Below the pieces are notes generated by a model. That model was not told the origin of the DNA. It saw only the letters and a program-made list of their open reading frames with translations, and searched no databases. From Octopus vulgaris (taxonomy: Eukaryota): 64,000 bases of DNA. A program made the position numbers and the translations under genes. The stretch spans positions 23,560,001 to 23,624,000 of the forward strand of contig OX597814.1 of NCBI GenBank assembly GCA_951406725.2, given 5' to 3'. This document shows, piece by piece, positions 26,355 to 39,813 of the stretch. Position 1 is the stretch's first letter. Each line of letters begins with the position of its first letter.

Positions 26355-26788
26355 GTTCTTTTCTGCTCTAGGCACAAGGCCCAAAATTTCTTGGGGAGGG
26401 GCCAGTTAATTAGATTGACCCCAGGACGTAACTGGTACTTAATCTATCGGCTCCAAAAGGATGAATGGCGAAATCAACCTCAGCTGAAGTTGAACTCTGA
26501 ACGTAAAGACAGACGAAATACCACTAAGCATTTTGCTTGGCATGCTAATGTTTCTTATTTCTTTATTACCCACAAGGGGCTAAACATAGAGGGGAAAAAC
26601 AAGGACAGACAAAGGGATTCAGTCGATTACATCAACCCCAGTGTGTAACTGGTACTTAATTTATCAACCCTGAAAGGATGAAAGGCAAAGTCAACCTTGG
26701 CGGAATTTGAACTCAGAACGTAACGGCAGACGAAATACCACTAAGCATCTCACATGGCGTGCTAACGATTCTGCCAGCTCACTGCCTT
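26355..26788 (-). mobile_element. SINE family B, tandem/compound copy
   Basis: Reverse complement of the 7552-7961 body, present twice. Confidence 0.8.
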
Positions 26789-29700
26789 CAAGGTTGCTAA
26801 AAACACATTTACTCACTCAGAGCCACACTTTCCTATCTCCCTCTATCCCTCTCTCTATCCCCCCTCTCTCTCTCTCTGTATATATATATATATATATATG
26901 AAGAAAGAAAGAGAGAGAGAGAGGAAATACATAAAAGTGTTTATCATTCTGAGTTTGACTGTGTATGCACACTCAAACTGATTACAAATGTTCAGTTCAT
27001 GTATTTAATGCTTAATTGTTCTAAAATCACATTAATTTTCCAATTTTAAATCTGATATTTAAATGATATGGCAAATTAAAAATAAGGCTTCTGAATCTAG
27101 AAACTCTGTTTTCAAATACAGAGGAGAAAGGAAGTCTGTGATGCTCGCTATCTGCAACTTCAACTTTTATATGTCTTTCAGAACAGACTAAACAACTGTC
27201 TAAAAAGTAACAAGCCTCTCAACTACGCACTAATCCAAAGTAGATGTTACTAAATTTGAGTCAGCATTGAAGATTTTTTTTTACATAATATATGTCTAAT
27301 AAACTATTGATAATGACTAAAAGACACTGAAAGCACTGCATACAACATAACTTTGGAAGCTTTATTTTCCATCTTGGATCTAGTACAAGGAAAGAATTAT
27401 AGTTTTAAAACTTTACATTAAATCCTTAAATCAGATTATGATTGTCTCTTCAACTCTCTCTTTCTCCATATAGAAAACAGTTGCTGTGAAATTCATGAAC
27501 CTATGTATGTTTGTATATACTTACTTATGTATGTATGATTGCAATTTTAAATTTTATTTTTACTGGTTACCTACTTGGCAGCAAGATTATAAAGGAAAAC
27601 GTCTTGTTCTGTTTGTCATCATGCACACAACTATTTATCTTTTAAATCTTAAGAAGATTACAGATTTTTATCGCTCAGATATGGTCATCTGTAGTATGTG
27701 AATTATGGAGCCATGTCCTTTCTCCAAGACTCCAAGTTCAGTCATATTTTAATCCAGGCAGAGTAGTACATATCTTTTTACTCTGTTAATAGAATTAACA
27801 AATATGAAGGGTCTCCACCAATCAAGGCTGATCATGTATCTGTTTACGCACGTGCAAGTCTAGGCAGTTTTTTTTAAAATGTGGATTGGCAGTTGCCCAT
27901 GATTGCAAGTCTCCCCTTGTCATATCATTAATGCTTATCCAAGGGAAAGACTGCTAATTTGAGTTAATATAATTTGGCACAAGTGTCAATATAAGCTTTA
28001 CTTTCAGAATGCACACAGATACTGCAAGTAATCTTGCCCAACCTTCTAACATTTCTGTCTATATCATGCCCTAGACAGGTACATTTTTTTACATCAGCCA
28101 AGCAAAGATAAAATTCTAAGTTGACCTCAGCAAGATTTGAGCTGAAAAGAACAAGAGATGAAACAAATCTTGCAAGGCTTTCTACCCAACATTCTAATGA
28201 CTGACAATTCATCATCTTGGTCACCAGGGTTTCCTGTTATTGTCATTGATTTCTTTCCTGTTGTTGATACTAGTGTCACTTCCTTCATGTTGGTTTCTAA
28301 AATGTCTTTGAATATCTTCTATTATTTGCCTCTGTTAAATTTGCTTCAGCAAACATCAATCTTTCATCAAAACCACAGAACCACTCTACCATCTTCGTTT
28401 TTAATGGTGAGTATTTCAATGCCTACATTTTAGTACTTGATTCAGCTTATTAACATTGGTTTTTTTCTCTTACCAGATGATATACCAGTTCTTTGTTTAG
28501 GAAACTTTTAGGTGCTTTCAGATGTCATCAATACATACTATTTCAATTTCTAGTACATATTTCTAATGCATACAATACCACTGGAATTACCTCTGCTCTG
28601 TACACCAGTGGTGTTTATGCAAATGCAAGACTCGTGTTTGGAGAAATTCAAAAGTGTATTTAAGACAATGTTCAATCTCATTATCAATTTCACTATTGGA
28701 AGGGAAATGAATTCAAAGACACAGAATGTGGTTCGTGTTTTTCAGAGATGTTCTGCTAAGTCGAAAAAATGGTTTGATCTCATATCTGTTGCTGGTGCTT
28801 GGAAGCTGATCTGAACTCTTCTGGAGCTGATGGTTTGTCAAAGTTTCCTAAATGCATGATGGAGTTCAGACAGGCTCTATTACAGAGTTTTTTGTTTTCT
28901 TAGATATCAGCCACACCGTTGTCATTGTCACATTGGAACTGACCAGAGAACTTGTAGACATATTATTTTTGAACTTTTGACACACATGACTGAATAGTTT
29001 ACCACCTGTAGTGTAGACAGTTTTGATTTCTTTGATGATATCATTCTTAATTATGTTGATGACTGGGATAAAGAATTTGAGAAAGTGTGCTGGAACAATC
29101 ACATACCTCTGCTTTACTCTTAACCTGACTTAAAATAGCTCACAGATGCTTTTGTTGAATTTGACTGTGAAGCATATCATTATGGAGGAATTTCAGAATT
29201 CATATATATATTTACAGGACATCGTTCAATGAATAAGAATCAACTGTCAGTGTTTTTCATATAGAGTCAAAGAGAGGTTGATGAATGCCATGTACAAAGA
29301 TTAACATTGCTCAGGACATTTCTATTGTAGTTGAAACACTGTGGAGATCATGTTATTTGCTCCATGTGTAGGTCTAAAACCAGCTTGTGCTTCTGGAAGG
29401 ATCTCTTCAGTTCGTAGCTTTTGTTACTCTCTGGTAAATTCTTGACTGTATATTTATTGCTGTTAATACAGTGTCTGAAATTTCATAGCTTGCTAATTTC
29501 CTCACATTGCAAGCCAGTATATCATCAGTAAATACTTGCCATGCCAAATCATTGTTGCTAAATACTTCATTACATTTCATTAACAATGGAAAAAAAGCTC
29601 AAAGACAAAAAAAAAGTTAATATAACATTATTGAATCTATACACATAAAATACCAATCAAAAACAAAAACAAAATACTCACAAAAGAAAAAACAGAAATA

Positions 29701-29826
29701 TTAACATGATAACAATTTTAAATAGAGGAATAGAAGAAATATTCTGAAAAGACAAGTTATGAGCAATGTCTCTTAAATAATTCAACATTTTCAACTTTTG
29801 ATATTCACTGAGTTGAATTCCCACAG

Positions 29827-29869
<43 letters not shown>

Positions 29870-29872
<3 letters not shown>

Positions 29873-30032
29873 TTTATTTAAAAGCAGCAGAAATATAACA
29901 AAAGCTGTTACTCAGATTTCCATGTTCCCGTTTGTCGGACAGTTTTTGCTTTAAATAAAGCATATTACTCTACCTCTGGTATTTGAGTACGCTTTTTTCC
30001 ACCTTGTTTCACATTTATGTGCTTACTCTGGT
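29870..30032 (-). mobile_element. Short PLE-like fragment in a (TA)n tract with a degenerate hammerhead-like motif
   Basis: Minus 29942-29905 reads CUGU-CCGACAA-ACG(GGAA)CAU-GGAAAUCUGAGUA-ACAG; flanked by (TA)n. Confidence 0.35.
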
Positions 30033-31020
30033 GTGTATATATACATATATATATACATATACATGTATATAGGAAGGGCATCCAGCTGTAGAGACTCTGC
30101 CAGATCAGATTGGAGCCTGGTACAGCCATCTGGCTCGCCAGTCCTCAGTCAAATCGTCCAACCCATGCTAGCATGGAAAGCAGACATTAAACGATGATGA
30201 TGATAATGATATCTTGTATCATTTTGAACCTTATATAAATATACTGCAATGTGGAATTTCTGCACTGACTATATATCTGTTCAATTATTGCTATGTTTCT
30301 TGATTGTTTCTTTTTACAACATTCTAAAATTTTCTAGATTGTATTTTGCGTCCTTGAACTTTTTTTTAATGAAATGCAATTTTCTTTTTTTATTGGTGAA
30401 CAAAAACTTCAAATAATGTTTAGCAATATCTTTACTCTGCTGATAAAAATATGGCAACGTATTTACTGATAATGTACTGCTTTGCATCGCTTTGTAATGA
30501 AATTACCAGTTGATATATTTAATACAATATTATTACCCTTGATGAACTTATTGGGAAAGACTTGAACCAAATATTTAGAATGTGAGCAACAATTTTGTCT
30601 GAAGTTGCCAGAATGGAAATCTTATGGCTGGATCAGTTGTCTTTTCTTTAGTAGATGGTAATGATTGCGGTGTTTTTAACTCCTACTGGCATATCTTCCT
30701 ATATCCAGATTTTGATGAGATGTTGATGCAACTGACAATGAGGTTGATTGCCTCCAATCTTGTAGGCATCAACTGGTATTCCATTAAGTCAAGTTGTTTT
30801 GTTATTTATTAGTTTGGATGAATCTTTTATAATCTTCAGATATTGGTATGTCAGAAGATCATTTTGGAATGATGTTAATTGTGTTCTTGTCATATTAGAA
30901 AGTTTGATTTTGACTAAGCATAGGCAACCTTTTTCAAGAAATGGGCCACATGAGACATGGCTCATCATCAAAAAAATTCAGGGTAATTTTTTTGCTTGAC
31001 ATGTTATTCAGAAAGGGTTG

Positions 31021-31270
31021 AAATTTGGGTAAAATTACAGAGTCCATACGATTTTCACTAAGAAAAAAAAAAACTCGGATTTTTTGCATGGAATCAAGTA
31101 CCCTGAACTCGTAATATGTTGCAAGTCCCATATTTTGGTTCAGAATTGGTCCAGAAGAAGGGGGTGGTGGTACCTCCCACCCACCCAACCCATGAAGTTT
31201 TGAAATCTGAGTTGTTTTTTTTTCTTAGTGAAAATCGTGCAGGTGTTACTCTGTAATTTTACCGAAATTT
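31021..31270. mobile_element. MITE-like element with ~60-bp inverted ends
   Basis: AAATTTGGGTAAAATTACAGAGT...CGATTTTCACTAAGAAAAAAAAAA at the left; its reverse complement at the right. It sits inside the decayed RTE. Confidence 0.75.
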
Positions 31271-32289
31271 GCTCATGACTGATTCAGATCATCAACATGT
31301 TTCCACCCTCTAGAATGGATGTTTGCAATGTTCTCCAGGATAACTAAAACACATATACTTTTGATAGAAGCTTGACTGTGAGTAGACAAAAACATTGACT
31401 ATATTTACTTTAAGAATCCTTGTATGTCATTGGTTTTTGATAATAATTTCATTTCCTGAGCTTTCTTCCTCTACCAAAGGTTTTCCAGGTTTGGGTAAAC
31501 TTTTGGGCAGCTGCCTTATGCTTCTGATATAGTGCCTCCTTTTGGTATGTAATTCTTTGTCCTTTTGTCAAGTGATGAACGACTTTCTCATTTCATGGGT
31601 CTATTGTTGTAGTTCTTTGTCATTGTTATTGAACTAATTCTGCATTTTCCTTTTCCTTGAACCCACAAGTTTTCTTGCAAGGGGTGATGATGTCATTCTT
31701 CAATCAACTTCTGTGCTTTTCTATGAATGGTGAGATATATTTATGCAGCTGTTTTTGAAAATTATGTTGACACTTCTGTACGTAGCTGATGTCTTGAATG
31801 ACATTAACTCTGAATTTCTCAATGGTGGATTCTGCTTTTGATGTTTATAGATCAAATCTTCATGATGGATGAGATGAGACAATGGTTGCATAGCTCTCAT
31901 CAGCGCCGATAACTACTCCTATTTTCAGTACTTCTTTTTGGTCCCTTGATCATAACGTGATATAGGTTGCAATATGTTGGTATTGATATTTCTAGTAGAC
32001 TTTGTAACCTGTTCTTTAGTAAAGTAGGGTATTTGTAATCAGAAGATTGCATTAATCATATTACACAAGAGTGGGAATAATTAGTGGGGAACTGGAAAGA
32101 GAAATAAAGATAACAGAGATATGGGGTCAAGTGGGCATTTGAAGGCAGACGTTAAGAAAAGGAAGAGGAATAAGTAGCAAGAATGTATGTAGAAAGTGAG
32201 GGATAGTAAGAAATATGTTAGGAGTGTAAATATACTGAATGATGAACAAGGTTTGAGATGAGGTGATGTCTGTGATAAAATATGAATGG

Positions 32290-32910
32290 TTTCTAACTAT
32301 GAAGGACGAATGGGGAAAAGTTGGCCTTCCCAATGTGTCTCCAACAGAAGGACCAACTATTCTACTTGACAGCAGAATGGATAAGTAAAGCAGTGAAGGA
32401 CAAGACAGATAAAGCCTCTAGCCCATCAGGAGGAACATTGATGAGGTACTTGAACTATCTGATGGGGTGGAATATGGCCTAGTCAATTGTATAGTTAATT
32501 AGGTTGTACAGGAAGGTATCATACCCAACCACTGGTGTAACAGCATAAAAGTCAGCTGATAACATAGGCAAAAGTTTAACTTAGAAATAACTACAGAGGT
32601 AACAGATTGCTGAACCTTGTCATGATTGTTACAGAAAGAATTAAAGATTGATTGTTTGGAGAAAGTTAGCCTAAATGAGCTGCAGTTCAGTTTTGTGCCA
32701 GGGAGGAGGAGTATTAATAGTGCTATCGTTCTAGTAAGACAATTGCAAGAGAAATATTTAGCTAAAATCAAGCCTTTGTACTTGGCTTCTGGTGATCTGG
32801 AGAAAGCCATCAAGAGGGTCTCTAGCCTGTAATTTGGTGAAATAGCTAGGAAGAGCTGTGTATGCCATGAATAGGGGCACTGTTAGTAAGATAAGAGTTA
32901 GCAATGGGTA
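32290..32910 (+). pseudogene. Older diverged RT fragment of the 12912-16361 RTE family
   Basis: VSLNELQFSFVPGRRSINSAIVLVRQLQEKYLAKIKPLYLASGDLEKA aligns with 14300-14450. Confidence 0.85.
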
Positions 32911-33319
32911 CAGCTTTGCTCCCCACTCTCTGTACCTACCACTACGTACGTCTCTATACATCACTATTTCTTTCCTTATCTATCTACAGGCTTTTCCTAT
33001 TTTCTTAGCTGTTTAAAGACTTGTTACACCGCTTCTTGCCATCCCCTTCTGTACTTAACATACCTTCCTTCTTCAGATATTTGCTTTATCTTCTCCCCAA
33101 CAATGATATTGACCATCAACCCCACCTCCACCTTTGCATATCATTCACTAAATTACCCCTATCGCTAACCTCCTGACACTTTCCTCACAATCCTATGAAC
33201 TTATCAAACCACACCTTCCCATCCTCAGTTCATATTCTTTCTTATACCCACCTTCCTGTATCTTGACAGTATGCACCAATACAACCTAAACGACATCTCT
33301 ATCTTCTTTCCAATTTCAT

Positions 33320-33738
33320 ATCTTTATTGCCCACTGGGAATTAAATATAGAGGGGACAAACAAAGAAAGACAAAGGGATTAAGTCGATTACATCAACCCC
33401 AATGTGTAACTAGTACTTATTGAATCGATCCCGAAAGGATGAAAGGCAAAGTCGAACTCGGTAGAATTTGAACTTGAACTCATAATGTAACAGCAGACAA
33501 AATACCTATTTCATTACTACCCACAAGGGGCTAAACACAGAGAGGACAAACAATGACAGACAAACGGTTTAAGCCAACTACATCGACCCCAGTGTGTAAC
33601 TGGTACTTAATTTATCGACCCCGAAAGGATGAAAGGCAAAGTCGACCTCGGCGGAATTTGAACTCAGAACGTAACGGCAGATGAAATACCGCTGAGCTTT
33701 TTGCGCAACATGCTAACAATTCTGCTATCTTGCCACCT
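33320..33738 (-). mobile_element. SINE family B, tandem copy
   Basis: Two bodies plus a head, reverse complement of 7552-7961. Confidence 0.85.
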
Positions 33739-34380
33739 TATTGCACTTGGAATCATGGCAACCCACAAGACTTTCGCCATGACAAGATACACAATTCATA
33801 GATTAGTTAACATTTCAGAAACATGCCATGTAACATAACAACGGTAATGTTTATATCTTTACACTGTAATTTTATGTAATTCTACCACACTGTTGTCTTC
33901 GGTTTTCAACTTCCACTGGATTTCAAAAGTATATAATATAAGTGTCCAAAAATATTATACAAGCAATTTTTGTGGTACTCTAGGGAGAAAAAAATAATGA
34001 TGGGACACAAAAATGAAAGAGAACAGTTAGAAATGAGGAAATTGAATTATTACTTAGCTTGGGGTTTTTTCTTTTCTTTTTGCTTATTTTGTTCTCTTTT
34101 TCTCTCTTTTACTGTCTTTTCCCCACATTTTTCTTAGGAAAAATCTTTCATTTCACTTCTTTCTCACATCAGATTTCTTATTTTGCACAGAAAGGCAAGA
34201 TTTAAGTTACAGGTTAACTGACTCCATTTTAGTTTTATATCACCCTTGGCACTTCCAATCTATGAATTCCTTCTATTCATATAAATCAAAATGATTTTCC
34301 ATAGCTATTTTCCTAAATGTGTGTAGGAAGGTAAATATACAGATACACTCACACACGTACAGATATTATTATACCTTTAC

Positions 34381-34381
34381 C

Positions 34382-34419
<38 letters not shown>

Positions 34420-34979
34420 GATAGATAGATAGATAGATAGATATATATAGATAGATAGATAGATAGATAGATATACAAACATACATATATATGTATGTAT
34501 ATATATATTTATATATATATATATGTATGTATTTTTGTATATATATATGTATATATGTGTATATATATTTATATGTATAATATATATGTATGTATGTATA
34601 TATACATATGTGTGTGTGTGTGTGTGTGTACGTACACAAATACATAGTTACATATATAGTTATAAATATGTGTATAATGTATTTTTTAAAAATTAGTAGC
34701 ATACAAGGATCCTTTTTGATTTTTTTCTTTAACTAATTTATGCTTCTTTCATCTCATCAAAAGCAGCCTAGAAGTTTACAGGTTTTACTATATAGATTAC
34801 TGTAGGCTATAGAAAGAAGAATCCTCAGTGATTATCCCTACCAAATCTAAAGGAAAGATGAATTTATATGTGTGAGTGCATGTCCATGTGTGCATGCGTG
34901 TGTATGTGTAAATATATATATACATACATACATTTATGTATATATGCATATGTATGCACATATATACATATATATGTAC

Positions 34980-35027
<48 letters not shown>

Positions 35028-35177
35028 ATATGTGTGTGTGTGTGAACATATATATATATACACACACATCATCCTGCATGTGTAAGTATATATATTATGT
35101 ATATATGTACGTATGTATGCTTGCATCTATATATAAACGTAAAACATCCACAAATTCTCCTATATATATATAAATAT

Positions 35178-35236
<59 letters not shown>

Positions 35237-35240
35237 ATAC
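34381..35240. repeat. Two compound TA/TG/GATA microsatellite blocks
   Basis: 34381-34680 and 34865-35240, visible directly. Confidence 0.9.
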
Positions 35241-36800
35241 ATATGCTTCCTATAAATTCTCTCAAGTTCAATAAAATGAATAGAAATGAAAGCTTAGAAA
35301 ATATCAATCATTTTTAGTTATTTTCATTTACCTCAAATGCCCATCGTTCCTTACTTTTCAGTGCTTTCCATTCAGAAAGATAGGAATCTATAAATAAACG
35401 GAATAAAAAGAGTATATTGTAAGTAAAAAACACACAAGCAAGAAAATATGGATTATATGTTGCCCCATATAACTCTAAGATGTTAAATCAGAAAATATAC
35501 ACTTTTTTTGTTTTATTAGTTTCAGAACTTAAATGTAGCAGAAGTTATAGAATATATTTATTAGTATTATAAAATATAAGTAAAAGAGAAGAAACTTTCT
35601 TCTCTTCTCATAAATAAAATCACACACACAAAAAGTTTTCTATTTTCTAGAGGCAATTAATGTTCAATGTAAATTTGAACAATATATGTTTGCTTTTAAA
35701 TTTATCAGTTCATTTAACATTCCCTTTGGCTTCTAAAATTCTAACATAACTATTTTTATTTAAATGATCTTTGTGAGTTTCTTCTTTTCTCTTTCGTCTT
35801 TTTTTTTTTATATTATCATTCAAGATAACATTTGTATTATATGGGTAGGTGGGTGACAGAATTTTATTATTGAAACAGAAAATAAACAGGTAACCAAAAA
35901 GAATGTATTAGCATAAATGTCTTTTTATTTTTTTTCCTGCAATTTATATCTCCCTATGCTTACCATGGGTAACAGAGAAAATTCACCAAGAGTTTAAATC
36001 AATTGTTTTAAAGCTATATATATAAATATGCATGTGTATCTGTATATATATTCTTCTAACATCCGTTTTCCATGCTGGCATGTGTTGCACAGTTTAACAG
36101 AATCCAACAGTTCTGATGACTGCATTGTGCTCCAATATCTGGTTTGTCATGGTTTCTGTGACTGGATGCCTCTCCTAACACCAGCCATTTTACAGTGTGT
36201 ACTGCATGCTTGTTTCATAACCGCAGCACTAGTGAGGTCACCATGCAGCTCACAAGATTAAGCTCCTCTTCAAGTGAATAAGTCTGCAGTAGAGAGGAAG
36301 GTAGCATTATTTTGGGAGATGAGAGATTAAATTATCAAAGAAGGGGCTGAAACAAAACAGATTTATTGCAACAGAAGTGCTATAAAGTAACTCATATTAC
36401 AGAAGAGTGGATGGAAATTACGAGGATGATGCAAGAAAGAGAGATAAAATAGTGGGGATGATGTGTCAAGGTGGATATTCATGGTACAAGAAGTGAGTAG
36501 AGACCGAACAACAAAGAATGTGGTTGGGTAGAGGCTGTATGAGTGTATGGGAGAGTGAGGGGGTGTTCAGAGATTAGTAATGTACGAGGGGCAAATATAA
36601 GGAATGAAGAACACAGGTTGAGGGGAGGTCAATGATAAATAGGCATTGGAGGGAAGGTTGAGGAAAGAAGATAACTACAGAGTTTGGTATAATTGAAGAT
36701 AAGTTGTAGTAAATGATGAAAACAGAGTGGATGAGTGGTCAATGTTACATATGAGCTGCAGAAAAGTAGAGGAAACCAGATGGTGTCTGATAGTACAGAA

Positions 36801-37000
36801 TCATCATCATCATCATTGTTTAACGTCTGCTGTCCATACTAGCATGGGTTGGATGATTTGACTGAGGACTGGCAAACCAGATGGCTGCACCAGGCTCCAA
36901 TCTTGATCTGGCAGAGTTTCTACAACTGGATGCCCTTCTTCATGCCAACCACTCTGAGAGTGTAGTGGGTGCTTTTTATGTGCCACCGGCATGGGGGCCA
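36801..37000 (-). mobile_element. RTE LINE 3'-tail copy with (GAT)n
   Basis: Reverse complement matches 16200-16360. Confidence 0.85.
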
Positions 37001-37239
37001 GAGAACAGTAATAATAATACTGTAGACAGGAGTAGGATGTGAGAGAAGGAGATGATGTGTGGGTGGCTAAACTACAAGAGAATTAGGGGAAAGACAGATG
37101 TAGTGTATGAGAAGAGTGAAAGATGAGTAGTGATGTAAAGGAGAGATATAATGTGGTACACAAATGGGTGATCAATGTAAAACTTTAGTGAAGAAGAGTA
37201 TGTTAGTAGAAAGCTCTGTGATGATAGTAACATTGATCA

Positions 37240-37505
37240 TCAAAGCAGTTTATCATGGACCAACAGCCAGATTACTACTTCCCACTTTGAAGGGTATACG
37301 TTTGCAATCCAGGAACAGGAAATATCAACCACATACCTGGTGCATAAAAAGGATAGGGATGCAGGAAAAGCAGTAAAATGTGGCAACCAATGCAGACTTT
37401 GTGGAATTCACACTGAAGATATCACCCACATCATAAGCAGTTGTCTGAAAATGTCATCATGGTATCATCTACTGATGAGACATGACATAACTAGGACACT
37501 CTATA
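37240..37505 (+). pseudogene. R4/Dong-like (REL endonuclease) LINE fragment: CCHC zinc knuckle
   Basis: FAIQEQEIST then CRLCGIHTEDITHIISSCLKMSSWYHLLMRHD, i.e. the CxxC-x8-H-x4-C...RHD motif of R2-group non-LTR elements. Confidence 0.75.
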
Positions 37506-37769
37506 ATGTGTGTGTGTGTGTGCTTGTGCATGTGTGTGTATGCAGGTGTGCATGTGTCCTTGTCTTGACATCTTATAATGATTGGAAAAGGACTTCATCA
37601 TAGAAGTGATTTTGCTCATTTCCAATCTTCCACAAAAAACACATGTGACTATGGGAAATATTAACTTGCTTGGAAACAGGTGAAGACTGTCAGGGGTGAG
37701 GATATCTATCCGTAGAAAATCTGCCTCAACAAATTCTGTCTGACTCATGGAAAAGTAGATGTTAAATCA

Positions 37770-38690
37770 ATGATGATGGTGGCGATGATCATGACCATGA
37801 CGATAACAACCATGATGATGACAACCACAATGATGACCATGACCATGACTACGACACTGACCATGACTACAACACAGACGATGACTATGATGCTGACCAT
37901 GACCACAATGCTGACCATGACCACGATGCTGACCATGACTACAATGCTGACCATGATTACAATGCTGACCATGACCACAATGCTGACCATGACTACAATG
38001 CTGACCAAGACTACGATGCTGACCATGACCACAATGCTGACCATGGCCACAATGCTGACCATGACTACAATGCTGACCATGACTACAATGCTGACCATGA
38101 CTATGATGCTGACCATAACTATGACACTGGCCATGAATATGAAGCTGACCATGACCATGATGCTGACCATAACCACGACACTGACCATGACCATGATGCT
38201 GACCATGATCACAATGCTGACCATGACCATGACACTGACCATGACACTGACTATGATCACGATGCTGACCATGACCACGACACTGACCATGAGTATGATG
38301 CTGACCATGACACTGACTATGATCACGATGCTGACCATGACCACGACACTGACCATGAGTATGATGCTGACCATGACCACGATGCTGACCATGATCACGA
38401 CACTGACCATGACCACAGCATTGACCATGACCACAGCATTGACCATGACCACAGCATTGACCATGACCACGATGCTGACCATGACTATGATGCTGACCAT
38501 GACCACGATGCTGACCATGATCATGATGCTGACCATGACTGTGATGCTGACCACGATATTGACCATGACTATGACACTGACCATGACCACGACACTGACT
38601 ATGACTATGAATGCTGACCATGACCACAATACTGACCATGACTATGACCCCAACCATGATGATGAGGATCATGATGACAATGATAATGAG
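37770..38690. repeat. 18-bp minisatellite (GACCATGACCACGATGCT variants)
   Basis: About 800 bp of 18-bp units (some 12-bp) grading out of a (GAT)n SINE tail. Confidence 0.95.
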
Positions 38691-39219
38691 ACTATATAAA
38701 TATTCTGTGATATTCTTGCATCATTGCAGACTTTAAATGAATGTAATTGATATTGAATATGTGCAGCAAAGGAGTGGATGTGTAAACATAATCAGTCAGT
38801 TGGTTTAATGACATCACGTGTCAGTGGGATCCATTCAGTAGGGTCCACTTTATTACTAGCATCCAGGTCTGGTCAGAGAATACTTTCACTCCATTGCCGT
38901 ACCAGTCTTTGAGGTACTGTAAAGAGTCAAGGGTACAACTCATCACCCTCTAACAATCTGACTAAATCATAAAACGTTTTAAAAATTAAAAGAAAATAGC
39001 AAATTTATAATGCCAAACATCATCATCATCATCATCATGCAATTTGGCAGAATCATTAAATCTCCAGAAAAAATTGCTTTACAATATTTGTGACTTTTCA
39101 CAATTGAAGTTCAAATAGGACCTGGGCTAACTCACTACAAGACTAGTAATCTAGTAATGGAGTTGATGATACTCAATAACCCTTTTCCCCAAGATTAGTG
39201 GCCTTCAGCTTAAATTATT

Positions 39220-39267
<48 letters not shown>

Positions 39268-39436
39268 TAAGACATCGCACATTTCTTTCTTCCTTATCAC
39301 ATACCTTGTTGTCAACTGGGAATGCTATATCTATGATCTAGCATAACACTATGTCTGGTTTCCTGTTCTCTATCTCATGGTCACGCTGAATCACAAAATC
39401 TCATAGGATCTTTGCATTATCATTTTTGATGATGCC

Positions 39437-39497
<61 letters not shown>

Positions 39498-39499
<2 letters not shown>

Positions 39500-39813
39500 T
39501 ATGTTTGACTTTTGCTTTACATTTGCACAAGCTGGCTCCAAGTCTCACCCAGAGACCTCAAGAGACAACAAGTTGGAAGTTCATGCTGGTGTTATGCCTA
39601 GGGCACCGTATATTTGGTTTTGTACTTAATGTTGTACTAGTGAATGTCTAAAAAAAAAACATATGAAAATTATGTTTGTTTTAAAACTTGAGATTACATA
39701 GAAAGTATTTTGCGTAGGATACCAGCAGCTCCCATGAGCACTATCTTCTGAATTTCTGCCATTTTTGAGTTTCCTGGTATCTTAGCTAGGTAGCAATCAG
39801 CTCCTTTTGCTAT
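39498..39813 (-). mobile_element. R4/Dong-like LINE 3' end inserted in (TAA)n
   Basis: Minus translation AKGADCYLAKIPGNSKMAEIQKIVLMGAAGILRKILSM* (cf. LQKxVLLGTAxILRKVL) followed by a 3' UTR; TTA repeats on both sides. Confidence 0.75.

Larger units (their letters stand above)
27830..31990 (-). mobile_element. Highly decayed second RTE (BovB-like) LINE, interrupted by later insertions
   Basis: Minus translations LNGIPVDAYKIGG (~30760), LATSDKIVAHIL (~30600), EEILPEAQAGFRPTHGANNMISTVFQLQ*KC..LYMAFINL (~29410-29275), RVKQRYVIVPAHF (~29100) and YTTGGKLF (~29000) occur in RT order. The boundaries are approximate. Confidence 0.75.

Noticed and set aside
37472-37495. CTGATGA as a hammerhead core
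   Set aside because: No helix II or GAAA follows; it is coding sequence of the R4/Dong-like fragment.
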